Assembly (NCBI RefSeq): GCF_001194135.2
Contig: NC_068989.1
Span: 74,891,839 to 74,940,646, forward strand
DNA: 48,808 nt
DNA from: Octopus bimaculoides
Taxonomy: Eukaryota
Direction: 5' to 3'
Within the stretch, counting starts at the first letter, position 1. The number at the start of each line of letters is the position of its first letter. The translations under genes were made by a program, and so were the position numbers. Of this stretch, positions 47,716 through 48,808 are shown piece after piece. Below the pieces are notes generated by a model that saw nothing but the letters and a program-made list of their open reading frames with translations, was not told where the DNA came from and did not search any database.

Positions 47716-48808
47716 GTATATTGATACATTTATACAAACATGCATAGACATATTTATACATACACACACTTCTACTTTATGTCTTAAATCTTAAGTACAA
47801 AACAAATATATTCAATACATCTTCCTGTTAATCTTATACATATATCTGTGTGTGTGTGTGTGTGTGTTCGTACTTATGTGCATTTGTTCGTGTGTATGTT
47901 TGTGTATTTTATATGTGTGTATATATATCAAGCGTAGTGCAATAGCTTCTTCACTGTATGTTCTATGTGCATATATAATCCTATTCTAAACTAAAACAAA
48001 TAACAATAATGCACGAATTCGATAATTGAAAGCATTGTCTTTCTACGACCGTAGATTATTATATACAAATGACTCCCTCGCATCGTATTACTCAACCATT
48101 AATACGTCTATTCTCAATACCTACTAGACACACAGCAATTCGATATTCATTGGTGCATATATATTTTTTTAATACCTTCATATAAGTTTCTCTTATGCTA
48201 TATCTTATGCTTCTATTATTCTTTGTATCAGTAGCATTAATGGCTCAATCATTTTATTACTAGCCGTTTTCTGAAAGAAAACAAATGATGATTTTGGAGG
48301 AAAAGGAATTGAAGTGATCGAGGGCGCATTTTCATAATAATTGACGAAGAACAGCAAAATGGCAGCCCCAGATGCATGATGTCATTCGTCAAGATGTCTG
48401 CTAAAGTAAACAGGGATATTTTGATGATATCCAAATTAATGAGGGGAATAACGAACAAAAATTCGACAATTTGAACTTTGAAATAAAATCTAGTAAGTCT
48501 TCTTAATTGTTTCTTCTTCATCACATTCTTCCTAGAATACCAGTGTGTAACGAAGGTTGTCCAAGGTATACTTTCCTATTTGGGAATGAGATTCAAATCT
48601 ATCACAAGCGATCCAACAATGATTGCTTTTATTATTTTAAACTTTCTCAGTTCAAACCATTCTAACAAACATAATATTTTGCTAAACGATTACTAATATT
48701 TTCTTTTAATTCTAGTGTACTGCTTAAACTCGATTGATTACATATAGAATAAAAGTTTACTAATAAATCAAGCTAGTCCCAACATTATATATATATATAT
48801 ATATATAT

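Noticed and set aside
41132-47769. Long H/T/Y/I/C/V-rich ORFs, including those spanning X runs elsewhere in the window
   Set aside because: They are translations of dinucleotide microsatellites and N gaps.
48249-48524. 91-aa minus-strand ORF with a possible acceptor site
   Set aside because: No recognisable domain, no matching donor or partner exon, and an alternative start codon.

Overview
AT-rich, microsatellite-dense eukaryotic scaffold with about ten N gaps. The repeat content suggests a coleoid cephalopod such as Octopus (inference; no search was run). The only host protein-coding genes I can support are two tandem, minus-strand, apparently single-exon paralogs. Each encodes a signal peptide, a somatomedin-B-like Cys cluster, two Cys modules and a class-B (Methuselah-like) 7TM domain: 12530-14506 (658 aa) and 31326-33322 (interrupted by a 232-N gap). 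The paralogs are a mosaic of near-identical tracts and a highly divergent, indel-rich ectodomain. Paralog 1 has a TGA followed by 11 in-frame codons matching the C-terminal tail of paralog 2. Each gene has on its 3' side an array of the same purine-rich satellite (1-3.7 kb and 18.0-28.25 kb). The satellite is built of ~290-420 bp monomers that form a ~2.2 kb six-monomer higher-order repeat. The second array holds an inverted 1.85 kb block, a GC-rich structured insert, and two related GGATCT-terminated non-autonomous transposons in opposite orientation, each carrying an RFX X-box and a CCAAT box. The rest is decayed mobile DNA: SINEs, CR1 LINE pieces, maT/DD37D and mariner remnants, hAT MITEs, a gypsy LTR/PBS/integrase fragment, and Penelope-like pieces including a minimal hammerhead ribozyme motif. 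Coordinates of decayed elements are approximate.
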